Assembly: GCA_016181305.1 (NCBI GenBank)
Contig: JACOZN010000010.1
Coordinates: 32,001-96,000 of the forward strand
DNA: 64,000 bases
Reading direction: 5' to 3'
Origin: Candidatus Woesearchaeota archaeon
GTDB lineage: Archaea; Nanobdellota; Nanobdellia; Woesearchaeales; GW2011-AR4
A program made the translations under genes and the position numbers. Below are positions 18,869 through 27,659 of the stretch, in pieces. The first letter of the stretch is position 1, and every line of letters starts with the position of its first letter. The notes under the pieces were generated by a model. It ran no database searches. It was given only the letters and a program-made list of their open reading frames with translations, and was not told where the DNA came from.

Positions 18869-19774
18869 TCAATTATTCTTCATACTCTCTAGAATCTTCT
18901 TAATCCCTTCCCTTACCATTGTCTTTGGCTGCCATCCGAGGCTTTTCATTTTTGAGATGTCGGGAATCCTGTACTCTATCTCCCTTTCTTTCAGCCTTGT
19001 TTCCTTCCCGAACCCTACTTTGACAATTTCGGACTTGCTTTTTGCCAGTTCCTTTATAATCTGCGCCAATTCAAGTATTGTTGTCGGCTGGCTGTTGCCT
19101 ATGTTGTACGCTTCGCAATTTTTTCCTTTTTCTAAGACTTTCATGACTCCGTCTGCAATATCCCCGACATAAGTGAAGCATCTTGTCTGGGCGCCGTTGC
19201 CAAAAACCTTTATCGGCTCGTTTTTCAATGCCTTGTTCAAGAAAATTGGAACAACCCAATTGCTCTCCTGCCCAGGACCGTAGACATTGAAGAACCTCAC
19301 AATCCTAATGTTCGTGTTGAACTCCTGATTGAAGGCTTTTGCATAAATCTCAGCAGCAAGCTTTGATACTCCGTAAGTTGACACAGGGCCTTTCACGCTG
19401 TCTTCTTTTATCGGAAGCTCTCTCGGCTCGCCGTACACTTCAGACGAGGACGAGTAAATCATGCTTTTGACTCCCGCATCAATTGCCGACTTGAATACAT
19501 TGACAGAGCCCTCAAGGTTTATCTTCATGGTTTCCAGGGGCTTTTTGTCGGAGTTGTCAACTCCAAGCAGCGCGGCAAAATGAAAAACTGCGTCGCATCC
19601 CCTGATGTCATCGGCTATTTTATCAAGAATTGACTTCTTCACGAACTCGAGTCTTTTATGCCTTATCCCGGGCTCTTTCAAATCAAGAATTTTCACGCTA
19701 TGCCCGTTTTCAAGAAGATGGCCTGTTATGCAAGTGCCTATAAACCCAGAGCCCCCAGTTACTAATATTTTCAT
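18869..19774 (-). CDS. NAD-dependent epimerase/dehydratase (UDP-glucose 4-epimerase / UDP-glucuronate decarboxylase-like)
   Basis: GGSGFIG, 'SSSSEVYG', YGVSK, 'RFFNVYGP', 'QTRCFTYV' motifs. Confidence 0.88.
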   Translation of the reverse strand: MKILVTGGSGFIGTCITGHLLENGHSVKILDLKEPGIRHKRLEFVKKSILDKIADDIRGCDAVFHFAALLGVDNSDKKPLETMKINLEGSVNVFKSAIDAGVKSMIYSSSSEVYGEPRELPIKEDSVKGPVSTYGVSKLAAEIYAKAFNQEFNTNIRIVRFFNVYGPGQESNWVVPIFLNKALKNEPIKVFGNGAQTRCFTYVGDIADGVMKVLEKGKNCEAYNIGNSQPTTILELAQIIKELAKSKSEIVKVGFGKETRLKEREIEYRIPDISKMKSLGWQPKTMVREGIKKILESMKNN

Positions 19775-19861
19775 TGGCACGGCAAACTTTGGATTATTTA
19801 TAAACTTATCGAGGGGATTTTCTTGAATAGATTTATAAATTGATATTTTTTACAGGGTATA

Positions 19862-21028
19862 ATGAGATACCTGAAATATGCATTGCACGGGCTGAAGCCC
19901 TCGAATTTCTACAGCATCAGTTCAATTTCCCTGAAAAATTTCCTGAATAAAAAATACAATGCTTATTCAAGCGACGTGCATATAAAAGCAGCCATGGAGT
20001 GGCTTGTCAATGCGCAAAATGTGGCAGGAGATGGAGGGGTAAGCGCAATGTACTCCCTGGTTGGGGGCTGGGCTCCCTCGTATGTTGAAACAACAGGCTA
20101 CATAATATCAACATTCTTCAATTACGCGGAAATCTCAAAAAATCCTGCATACAGGAAAATGGCAGTAGAGATGGCTGAGTTTGAGCTGAAAAACCAGCTG
20201 CCAAGCGGGGCTTTTCCTGGGGCAGGCAGGAAAGATACCCCAATTGTGTTCAACACAGGGCAGGTTATTTTCGGGCTGTGCAGGTCTTACCAGGAGACAA
20301 AAGACGAGAAGTACAAAAAGGCTGCTGAAAAAGCAGCTGACTGGCTTGCATCAGTAATGGACAATGACGGCTGCTGGAGAAAAAATGACTATCTTAATCG
20401 CATACACACTTACAACACCAGAACAGCGTGGGCGCTTCTTAATGCGCACAAGATAAGCGGCAATGAAAAATACAAAGAAGCTTCGATAAAAAACATTGAT
20501 TGGGCATTGGCACAGCAGCTTGAAAACGGATGGCTAAGCAACAACGGATTTTTTCCGGAGCAGGAGCCGCTGGTTCACACAATAGCTTATTCCATAAGGG
20601 GTATTTTGGAGTCTGCAATATACCTGAGGAAAAAGAAATATCTTGAGTCTGCAATAAAGGCGGCAAAGCCGCTTGCAGAAGCCCAAAGGGAGGACGGCTC
20701 GCTGGCCGGGAGCTTCAACAAAGAGTGGGAAAGCAGCGTAAAATGGAGCTGCCTGACAGGGAATTCGCAGATGTCAATAATCTGGCAGAAGCTGCACATG
20801 ATAACAAAAGATGAAAAATTTCTGGATGCTGCCAAAAAAAGCAATGCTTTCATGAAAGGCATGCAGGACATAAATTCTACAAATCCTGCAATAAGGGGCG
20901 CTATCCCGGGCGCTTTCCCGATTTACGGGTGGTATGCCCCGCTATGCTTCCCGAACTGGGCTGCCAAGTTCTTTGCAGATGCCTTGATGCTGGAAAGCAA
21001 CAGGAAAATAGCTGAAAAGCTTGCCTAG
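19862..21028 (+). CDS. (alpha/alpha)6-barrel protein, prenyltransferase/squalene-oxidase-repeat-like
   Basis: Repeated 'QLPSGAF', 'QLENGWL', 'QREDGSL' (QxxDGxW-like) motifs, 'SYVETTGY' and 'FNTGQVIFGL'. Confidence 0.7.
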   Translation: MRYLKYALHGLKPSNFYSISSISLKNFLNKKYNAYSSDVHIKAAMEWLVNAQNVAGDGGVSAMYSLVGGWAPSYVETTGYIISTFFNYAEISKNPAYRKMAVEMAEFELKNQLPSGAFPGAGRKDTPIVFNTGQVIFGLCRSYQETKDEKYKKAAEKAADWLASVMDNDGCWRKNDYLNRIHTYNTRTAWALLNAHKISGNEKYKEASIKNIDWALAQQLENGWLSNNGFFPEQEPLVHTIAYSIRGILESAIYLRKKKYLESAIKAAKPLAEAQREDGSLAGSFNKEWESSVKWSCLTGNSQMSIIWQKLHMITKDEKFLDAAKKSNAFMKGMQDINSTNPAIRGAIPGAFPIYGWYAPLCFPNWAAKFFADALMLESNRKIAEKLA

Positions 21029-21918
21029 CCTTTTGTGCTGTAGATTGTGATATTTTTCTTTGCCAACCTTTCCATGCAGTCTGCAACATCCCTTGCCTTT
21101 ATGACCCTCAATTCTGTGCCGAAAAATGGGAATATTCCCATGAGATTTTCCTCCAGAAAGTGCTTTTCAAGCATGTTGTTGTCCCTTATCCTGTACAGAT
21201 TCGGCAAATGCCACCTTGCATAGATTACTTTTTTGCTCCCGTTATTGAAAGTGACAAGAACTTTGTTCGGCTTTGTCCAAACCTTGAACGGAAACTTTTT
21301 GTACCTGTCCTCGACGATGTGGATTGAGGAGTTTGCAAGCTGGTCAACTCCTATAAGGAAGATTTTTGCATCCAATTCATAAAGCCTGTAGAACGGGCTT
21401 TTGCCTGCATAAGGGCTGCTGCATTTTTCATGCCCGCCTGCAAACCATTTTGCATTTTTGCCCTTGGCTATCAATGAGTGTGTCGGGGACACGCTCCTGA
21501 AAACATTTTTCATATGCCTGAATGTCTCGGGAACGCTGCCTGTGTAGCAAGGGGTTTTTTTAACGTCAAAAACATACATTTTCTTTTTTTTGTCATAATG
21601 CAGGGCTGAGAATGCAGGCATAACCAATAATCCTTTGCTGCCTATTACATCAAGAAAAGAGTCAATAAGGGCTTTTGCGCCGCCGTCAATGTAGCCAATC
21701 CTGCTCAATGACGAATGCACTATGACTGCATCGCCTTTTTTAAGCCCTGCCTTTTGCAGCTCTTTCTTTATGCCTTCTTTTGTTATTTTGCCCTGAAGCT
21801 GTATCCTGAGCAGCCTTGCTTTTTTTACAATGTTGCCGTAAAGGAACTTCTGGACTGCAAAAGGGAGAAAATGCTTTATCCGTGCCTTTATCCTGCTTTC
21901 TCTTACTTTGCTTTCCAT
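21025..21918 (-). CDS. AAC(3)/YokD-family N-acetyltransferase
   Basis: 'GDAVIVHSSLSRIG', 'LVMPAF', 'RSVSPTHS', 'KIFLIGV', 'SSIHIVE' motifs. Confidence 0.85.
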   Translation of the reverse strand: MESKVRESRIKARIKHFLPFAVQKFLYGNIVKKARLLRIQLQGKITKEGIKKELQKAGLKKGDAVIVHSSLSRIGYIDGGAKALIDSFLDVIGSKGLLVMPAFSALHYDKKKKMYVFDVKKTPCYTGSVPETFRHMKNVFRSVSPTHSLIAKGKNAKWFAGGHEKCSSPYAGKSPFYRLYELDAKIFLIGVDQLANSSIHIVEDRYKKFPFKVWTKPNKVLVTFNNGSKKVIYARWHLPNLYRIRDNNMLEKHFLEENLMGIFPFFGTELRVIKARDVADCMERLAKKNITIYSTKG

Positions 21919-22036
21919 ATAGCCTGCAAATTGCGCCTTATTTTTAAAATTTCCTAATAGGGCAAATGAGGTTCTGGTGCGTTAAAGGTTGATTTGCCCT
22001 AAAATCAACAAAATGGTGCGTTATGGTTGGTAAGAA

Positions 22037-22300
22037 TTAGAGTTGTGAAACATCATTCACTTCATTAATAATTCTTGAGACTTCTTTCATTTTGTGAGGA
22101 TTAATTGCCAACTCCTTGTTATTATTAGAACTTTTTGATTGGAGAAGGAAGTTGTTGATAAGATATTTTAAGGCTATTTCAGTGAGACCCCAACGCTTGA
22201 GTTGCGTTATCTCAACATGGATTCCTCCAATCCTATGTTTATTTATTAGTTTTCTAAGTATGTGTTTCATAGAAGCTAAATCATTATTATCTATAACCAT
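22037..22300 (-). CDS. Small hypothetical protein, possibly winged-helix; element cargo
   Basis: 87-aa ORF ('ILRKLINKHRIGGIH...ELAINPHKMKEV') divergent from the HTH gene, inside the element. Confidence 0.5.
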   Translation of the reverse strand: MVIDNNDLASMKHILRKLINKHRIGGIHVEITQLKRWGLTEIALKYLINNFLLQSKSSNNNKELAINPHKMKEVSRIINEVNDVSQL

Positions 22301-22406
22301 ACGCACACAACACCTGTTATTATATATAAAGTTTTCCTATTATTTTATACAACATTGCTTAAATTAAATAGAAATATTTAAATAGTAGTATGTTAATACC
22401 ACCTGT

Positions 22407-22859
22407 ATGTCAAAAAAAACAATACAAGTAGATACTTCTCTTTTCATTAAGGCAGTGGGAGATTGCATTAGAAATAAGATTTTAGAATTTTTTATTGAAG
22501 GTAGAGAATTTGACTACCCTATAAAATATTTGGCAGAAGAAATAGGAGTCAATAGGAATACCCTATATAAGGCAATAGACGAATTATTATCAAGTAAATT
22601 GATAGCTTTTTCAAGAAGAATTGGGTCATCAAAATTTTACAAATTAAATTTATCCGACCCGATTGCTTTGGACTTTGTTAAATTATTTGACAAAATTATC
22701 AATATAGAAATGGAGAAATATATTGAAAGAGAGAAACCCATCTTTGGTAATGATATAAACTTTACATTGATTACTAAAGATTATCCTGAAATGGGCGAAT
22801 CTAACATAAAATATTGTAACATTAAAGAAGGATTGATAGAAATAAGAGAAACGGCTTGA
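22407..22859 (+). CDS. ArsR/MarR-like winged-helix DNA-binding protein; element cargo
   Basis: 'NKILEFFIEGREFDYPIKYLAEEIGVNRNTLYKAIDEL...SRRIGSSKFYKLN' HTH plus wing. TTTAAATA box upstream. Confidence 0.75.
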   Translation: MSKKTIQVDTSLFIKAVGDCIRNKILEFFIEGREFDYPIKYLAEEIGVNRNTLYKAIDELLSSKLIAFSRRIGSSKFYKLNLSDPIALDFVKLFDKIINIEMEKYIEREKPIFGNDINFTLITKDYPEMGESNIKYCNIKEGLIEIRETA

Positions 22860-23185
22860 TGTGTATTGAAATGAAAAAGGAAAAACAGGAAAACAAAAAA
22901 GAAGAAAAGCCAGATATGTTAAGGCCTCAAAACCACGTTAAAATTTATGCAACAAATTCTTTCTTAGGATGTAGCAAACAGGATTTCAGAATAAACCTAT
23001 GTAATGAAAAAATAAGGAATGAAAAAAATACTAAATGGGGGTATATTATAGATGCTACAGTAATCCTCACACCAATGGGTGCGAAGAAAACATTTAACTC
23101 TTTAAAGAAATGCTTAGAAGAGTTTGAAAAGGAGCATGGTAAAATAGATATAGACCAAGAAGAAGACAAAATAAAATTTGATTAA
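22859..23185 (+). CDS. DUF3467-like small protein; element cargo
   Basis: 'IYATN...DFRI...VILTPMGAKKTFNSLKKCLEEFEKEHGKI' matches the DUF3467 pattern as recalled. Start overlaps the HTH stop codon. Confidence 0.62.
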   Translation: MCIEMKKEKQENKKEEKPDMLRPQNHVKIYATNSFLGCSKQDFRINLCNEKIRNEKNTKWGYIIDATVILTPMGAKKTFNSLKKCLEEFEKEHGKIDIDQEEDKIKFD

Positions 23186-23208
23186 TTTTTAAAAATAAAT
23201 TAGAGCTA

Positions 23209-23358
23209 ATGACTTCTGCTTTTAGGAATTACTACAATTTCATAAGACCTCATTCAACTTTAGGAATAACGCCAACACTTAAAGCTGGGATTGGCGTTGA
23301 AATGGAAGGCAACAGATGGATGGCTCTTTTGAAAAAGAGTTTTGATAGCATGGGGTGA
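23209..23358 (+). pseudogene. C-terminal relic of a DDE transposase/integrase
   Basis: Manual translation MTSAFRNYYNFIRPHSTLGITPTLKAGIGVEMEGNRWMALLKKSFDSMG*. 'YNFIRPHxxL-xTP' is the C-terminal motif of rve/IS6-like transposases. An in-frame stop lies at 23179-23181, so the catalytic domain is absent. Confidence 0.72.
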
Positions 23359-23363
23359 TTATA

Positions 23364-23879
23364 ATGAATGAACAAGCAGATTACTATCTTAAAAAGGATG
23401 ATTATACTTTCATATTTAAAGATATTTTTGATATAATTAATGATAAACATTTAGAATTAAGAAAAAAATTGCTTACTGGAGAAATTTCCAAAAGTAAGTA
23501 TGATGAGGAATATTCTAAAGGAATTGATATTATTGGAAAAGCGTCAAAGTCGAAAAACACGAAAAAAGAATTTATCAATGAGTATTTAAAGTTTAAATTT
23601 CCTGAAAAAATAGCCAAAGAACAATGGAAGCACGAAAGAGAGCATTATAATAAAATAAAACAGAAAGGAAACAAAGCTGAAATTAGAATTATTTATCTTA
23701 TAATAAGGGAAAATTTACAGAAGGTTGGTTTAATTCCAGTAACTCTGGATTGGAGCTTTGACTCATTAGAAGGGTGGTCATTAGATAAGTTTAGAGAACA
23801 TTCTTTAGAACTTTTAGATGTTAAATCTTTAAGTGATATGGATATAAAACAAAAAGAAGTATTAAGCAACCAACCATAA
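23364..23879 (+). CDS. Hypothetical charged helical protein; element cargo
   Basis: 171-aa AT-rich ORF whose stop codon falls inside the right inner inverted repeat. No family recognised. Confidence 0.55.
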   Translation: MNEQADYYLKKDDYTFIFKDIFDIINDKHLELRKKLLTGEISKSKYDEEYSKGIDIIGKASKSKNTKKEFINEYLKFKFPEKIAKEQWKHEREHYNKIKQKGNKAEIRIIYLIIRENLQKVGLIPVTLDWSFDSLEGWSLDKFREHSLELLDVKSLSDMDIKQKEVLSNQP

Positions 23880-23971
23880 TGCAACAAAAAGGCAAAAAAT
23901 GACAAAACAACCGCTTACGCACCAGAACCGCAAATGAAAAATTTTATAAACCGACCTGATTACTTCGGGCT

Positions 23972-24832
23972 ATGGCAAAAATAACAATTGTGGTGCCTGT
24001 TTTCAACGAGGAAGAGGCGATAAAGAGCGCTATAGATGATGTAAAGAATTCGCTGAAGGGCCTCAAGGATGATTTTGAGATAACAGCAGTGAATGACGGA
24101 TCAACAGACGGCACAGGAAAAATACTGCATTCCATAAAAGGCATAAAAATCATCGAGAACAGCGAAAACAAAGGCTATGGGTCCTGCCTCAAGCGCGCCA
24201 TAAGGGAGTCAAATTCAGACTATATTCTCATAATAGACGGGGACGGCACCTACCCGGCAGGCAAAATACCGGAGCTTGCAGGAAAGTCAAGGCAGAATGA
24301 CATGGTTGTCGGCGCAAGGACAGGCAAATACGTGAAAATGCCTTTTTTCAGGAAGCCTGCAAAATGGCTTCTGAAGCACTTTGCCCAGTACCTGACAAAG
24401 ACAAAAATACCGGACTTGAACTCAGGGATGAGAATATTCAGGAGGGAGATTGCAGCGAGGTACATGAACTTGTTTCCGGACGGGTTTTCGTTCACGACAA
24501 CCCTTACAATGATTTGCCTTACAAACGGGTTAAAGGTCGAGTACGTGCCGATAAACTACTACGATAGAAAAGGCAAGTCAACAATCCACCCAATCAGGGA
24601 TTTCATCGGCTTCAGCAACCTCATATTCAGGCTTACAATTTTCTTCAAGCCGCTGAATGTCTTTATCCCAATCAGCGCTGTTTTATTTCTGGGAGGCGTT
24701 GCAAAGCTTACAAGGGACTTCATCCTGCTCAACCAGTTCGGGCTTGGGGGGGCGCTGCTCATACTAACCTCTATCCAGATTGCATTTTTGGGCATACTGG
24801 CTGAATTGGTGATTAAAAGGACATCTGTTTGA
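23972..24832 (+). CDS. GT2 glycosyltransferase with C-terminal TM helices
   Basis: 'VVPVFNEEE', 'VNDGSTDGT', 'IDGDGTYP', 'DLNSGMR', 'GFSFTTT' motifs. Confidence 0.9.
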   Translation: MAKITIVVPVFNEEEAIKSAIDDVKNSLKGLKDDFEITAVNDGSTDGTGKILHSIKGIKIIENSENKGYGSCLKRAIRESNSDYILIIDGDGTYPAGKIPELAGKSRQNDMVVGARTGKYVKMPFFRKPAKWLLKHFAQYLTKTKIPDLNSGMRIFRREIAARYMNLFPDGFSFTTTLTMICLTNGLKVEYVPINYYDRKGKSTIHPIRDFIGFSNLIFRLTIFFKPLNVFIPISAVLFLGGVAKLTRDFILLNQFGLGGALLILTSIQIAFLGILAELVIKRTSV

Positions 24833-24838
24833 ATTAAA

Positions 24839-26722
24839 ATGTGCGGCATCTGCGGCTTTAATTTCGAAGACAAAAGGCTTCTGAAAAGCATGGCTGATGA
24901 AATAAGGCACCGGGGCCCAAATGCAGCAGGCTATTTTACCAGTAAAAATGTATCGCTCGGCAGCAGAAGGCTGAGCATAATTGACCTGTCAAAGGCAGGC
25001 AACCAGCCAATCTACAATGAAGACAAGTCCATTGCCCTTGTCTACAACGGGGAGATTTTTAATTTCATTGGGATAAGGGAGGATTTGGGAAAAAAACACC
25101 GATTTATATCAAATACAGATTCTGAAGTCGTAGTGCACGCGTATGAGGAGTACGGCATTGACTGCCTGAGCCATTTCAACGGATTCTGGGGATTTGCATT
25201 GTACGATAGCAAAAGGAAAATTCTTTTTCTTGCAAGGGACAGGCTTGGCATAAAGCCATTGTATTATTACTATGACGGAAAGAAGCTTGTTTTTGCGTCT
25301 GAAATTAAGGCTATATTAAAGGATCCCGGCATCAAAAGAAAAGTCAATTACAAAGCGCTCAGCGACTTCATTACATACAGGTATATTCCGTCTGATTTGA
25401 CAATATTCGACGGCATAAAAAAGCTGAAGCCCGGGCATTATGCATTGCTTGACCTGAAAACCGGAAAGCTGAAGGTTGAAAAGTACTGGGATGTTCCATT
25501 AAAAACCAAAAGCAGGGGCAAAGCTATTGTTGAGAAGGACATCATAAGCCTCTTAAGGGACTCTGTGGAAAAAAGGCTGATAAGCGATGTCCCTCTTGGA
25601 GTTTACCTAAGCGGAGGCATAGACTCTTCAAGCATAGTTGCCATGATGAAATATTTTACTAACGAGATAAGCACCTTCTCGCTTGCATTCGAGCATGACA
25701 AGATAGGCAATGAGCTGGGCTATGCCAAGAAAGTTGCAGAGCATTTCGGAACAAGGCACAAAGAAATTACAATAAGCACGAACATTGTGAAAGACTTGCC
25801 GAAGATTGTGTGGCACCTTGACGAGCCTATGGCAGACCCTGCTGCTGTGCCGGTCTACTATCTGTCGAAAGAGGCGAAAAAGAGCGTGACTGTGATACTG
25901 ACCGGGGACGGCGCTGACGAGCTTTTTGCAGGCTATGACCAGTACAAATTTCTGGCTTTGGGGCATAAGATGAGGTTTTTGCCGCATCCGATCAAGAAAA
26001 TGCTGCCAGCATCTGCAAAGATGATTCCAAAATCCATGCTGGACAAAATCTACAGGTATTCGTCTGCAACAGGCGAGCAGATGTTTGGCAGGATGGGCAG
26101 GATGCTGCTGAGCATCAAAACCAACAAGGCAAAAGCCTATGCAGAGGTGGTTGGTGTTTTTGACGATGATGAAAAAAAAGAACTGCTTAATTTTGATTTT
26201 AGAGATAATTACAATGCAATAAACAGGGGGTTCTTCTCCAAAGGTGATTTTTTAACACAGCTGGCCTATTATGACGTGAAGAATTACCTGGCAGAGGACC
26301 TGCTTATGAAGCCTGACAAGATGTGCATGGCGCACAGCATAGAGGCAAGAGTCCCTTACCTTGACTACAGGCTTGTTGAGTATTCTTTCAGCATACCTTC
26401 CAGTTTAAAGCTCAGGAACAGCAAGACAAAATACATACTGAAAAGTGCGCTGAAAAATTATCTTCCAAAAGATATTATTTACAGGAAAAAGCAGCCGTTC
26501 CAGATGCCACTGGATGAATGGTTTTCAAAAGAACTGAAGAGCTATTTTTTAGACTTGCTTGAAGAGCCAATAAATTCAAAGCTGTTCAACAAAAGATACA
26601 TCAAGAAGGTATTTGACAATTATGAAAGCTCAAAGCTCTATTACGGAAGGCAGCTGTGGAGCCTTGGGATGTTTAACCTTTGGCATAAGATTTTTATTGA
26701 TGGGGAGAAAATCAACGCTTAA
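24839..26722 (+). CDS. asnB: Asparagine synthase (glutamine-hydrolysing) family amidotransferase
   Basis: N-terminal MCGICG, 'HRGP', 'RLSIIDL', 'YNGEIFN', 'LSGGIDSS', 'TGDGADELFAGY', 'EARVPYLD' motifs. Confidence 0.93.
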   Translation: MCGICGFNFEDKRLLKSMADEIRHRGPNAAGYFTSKNVSLGSRRLSIIDLSKAGNQPIYNEDKSIALVYNGEIFNFIGIREDLGKKHRFISNTDSEVVVHAYEEYGIDCLSHFNGFWGFALYDSKRKILFLARDRLGIKPLYYYYDGKKLVFASEIKAILKDPGIKRKVNYKALSDFITYRYIPSDLTIFDGIKKLKPGHYALLDLKTGKLKVEKYWDVPLKTKSRGKAIVEKDIISLLRDSVEKRLISDVPLGVYLSGGIDSSSIVAMMKYFTNEISTFSLAFEHDKIGNELGYAKKVAEHFGTRHKEITISTNIVKDLPKIVWHLDEPMADPAAVPVYYLSKEAKKSVTVILTGDGADELFAGYDQYKFLALGHKMRFLPHPIKKMLPASAKMIPKSMLDKIYRYSSATGEQMFGRMGRMLLSIKTNKAKAYAEVVGVFDDDEKKELLNFDFRDNYNAINRGFFSKGDFLTQLAYYDVKNYLAEDLLMKPDKMCMAHSIEARVPYLDYRLVEYSFSIPSSLKLRNSKTKYILKSALKNYLPKDIIYRKKQPFQMPLDEWFSKELKSYFLDLLEEPINSKLFNKRYIKKVFDNYESSKLYYGRQLWSLGMFNLWHKIFIDGEKINA

Positions 26723-27659
26723 ACCTGTTTTCCATGTACCACTCGCACAATATCCTGAGCCCCTCCTCAACTTTTGTTTTTGGGCTGTAGCCGAGAAGCT
26801 TTTTTGCCTTTGAAATGTCTGCATAGGTTTGCTTGACATCACCGGGCTGCATTTTTTCCTTTACAATCTTTGCTTTTTTGCCGAGGTTTTTCTCGATTAT
26901 GCCTATGAATTCCCTCAGCTCCACAGGATTTCCGCAGCCCAGGTTTATAATTTCATATTGGGCATCCAAATCCATGCTTTTCATGATTCCGGAAACAACA
27001 TCCGCTATGAAAGTGTAGTCCCTTCTTGTTGAGCCGTCGCCGTACATTTCTATCTGCCTGCCGTTGGCAATGCTGTCAACAAACTTGTAAGGAGCCATGT
27101 CAGACCTGCCGCAAGGCCCGTAAACTGTGAACAGCCTAAGGCACACGCTTGGAATCCTGTAAAGCGAGCTGTATGTGCAGCACAACAGCTCCCCTGCTTT
27201 TTTTGTAGCAGCATAAGGGGATATCGGGGAATTTGTAATGTCATCTTCAGAAAACGGCACTTTGTCCCTGTTGCCGTATACGCTTGAGCTTGATGCAAAA
27301 ACAAATTTTTTAATTTTATTATGCCTCGCAAGCTCCAGCAGGTTCAGGGTGCCCCTCACATTGACTTCCTCGTAAATGAAAGGGTTCTGTATGCTTGGCC
27401 TTACGCCAACCATGGCAGCAAGATGTACTATCTTGTCAATCTTGTTCTCGGAAAATATCTTCTGCAGGCCTGCAAAATTCCTTATGTCCTCCCTGTAAAG
27501 CCTGACTTTAACATCCTTTATGTTCTGCTCCTTGAATTCGGGATTGTAATAATCGTTGAAGTTGTCCACTCCGACAACGCTGTGCCCCTGTCTGACAAGC
27601 TCTTTTGAAGCCCGGCTGCCTACGAATCCTGCTGCCCCTGTAACCAGTATTGCGCTCAT
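26712..27659 (-). CDS. NAD-dependent epimerase (UDP-glucuronate 4-epimerase-like)
   Basis: GAAGFVG, 'HLAAMVGVRPS', 'ASSSSVYG', 'SPYAATKKAGE', 'FTVYGPCGRSDMA', 'QPGDV' motifs. Confidence 0.88.
   Translation of the reverse strand: MSAILVTGAAGFVGSRASKELVRQGHSVVGVDNFNDYYNPEFKEQNIKDVKVRLYREDIRNFAGLQKIFSENKIDKIVHLAAMVGVRPSIQNPFIYEEVNVRGTLNLLELARHNKIKKFVFASSSSVYGNRDKVPFSEDDITNSPISPYAATKKAGELLCCTYSSLYRIPSVCLRLFTVYGPCGRSDMAPYKFVDSIANGRQIEMYGDGSTRRDYTFIADVVSGIMKSMDLDAQYEIINLGCGNPVELREFIGIIEKNLGKKAKIVKEKMQPGDVKQTYADISKAKKLLGYSPKTKVEEGLRILCEWYMENRFKR

Larger units (their letters stand above)
21970..23929. mobile_element. Non-autonomous IS6-like cargo element (1960 bp) with TIRs and 8-bp target-site duplication
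   Basis: Perfect 13-bp TIRs GGTTCTGGTGCGT (21970-21982) / ACGCACCAGAACC (23917-23929), second inner inverted pair 22015-22031 / 23869-23885 (15/17), exact direct repeat GCAAATGA at 21962-21969 and 23930-23937, AT-rich interior, transposase C-terminal relic inside. Confidence 0.85.

Noticed and set aside
21025-21918. Aminoglycoside resistance gene
   Set aside because: Family membership alone does not show resistance, and the context is glycan biosynthesis.
24839-26722. AsnB as asparagine biosynthesis or as a novelty
   Set aside because: AsnB paralogs in polysaccharide loci are well known as uronic-acid amidotransferases, which fits the nearby dehydrogenase and epimerase.
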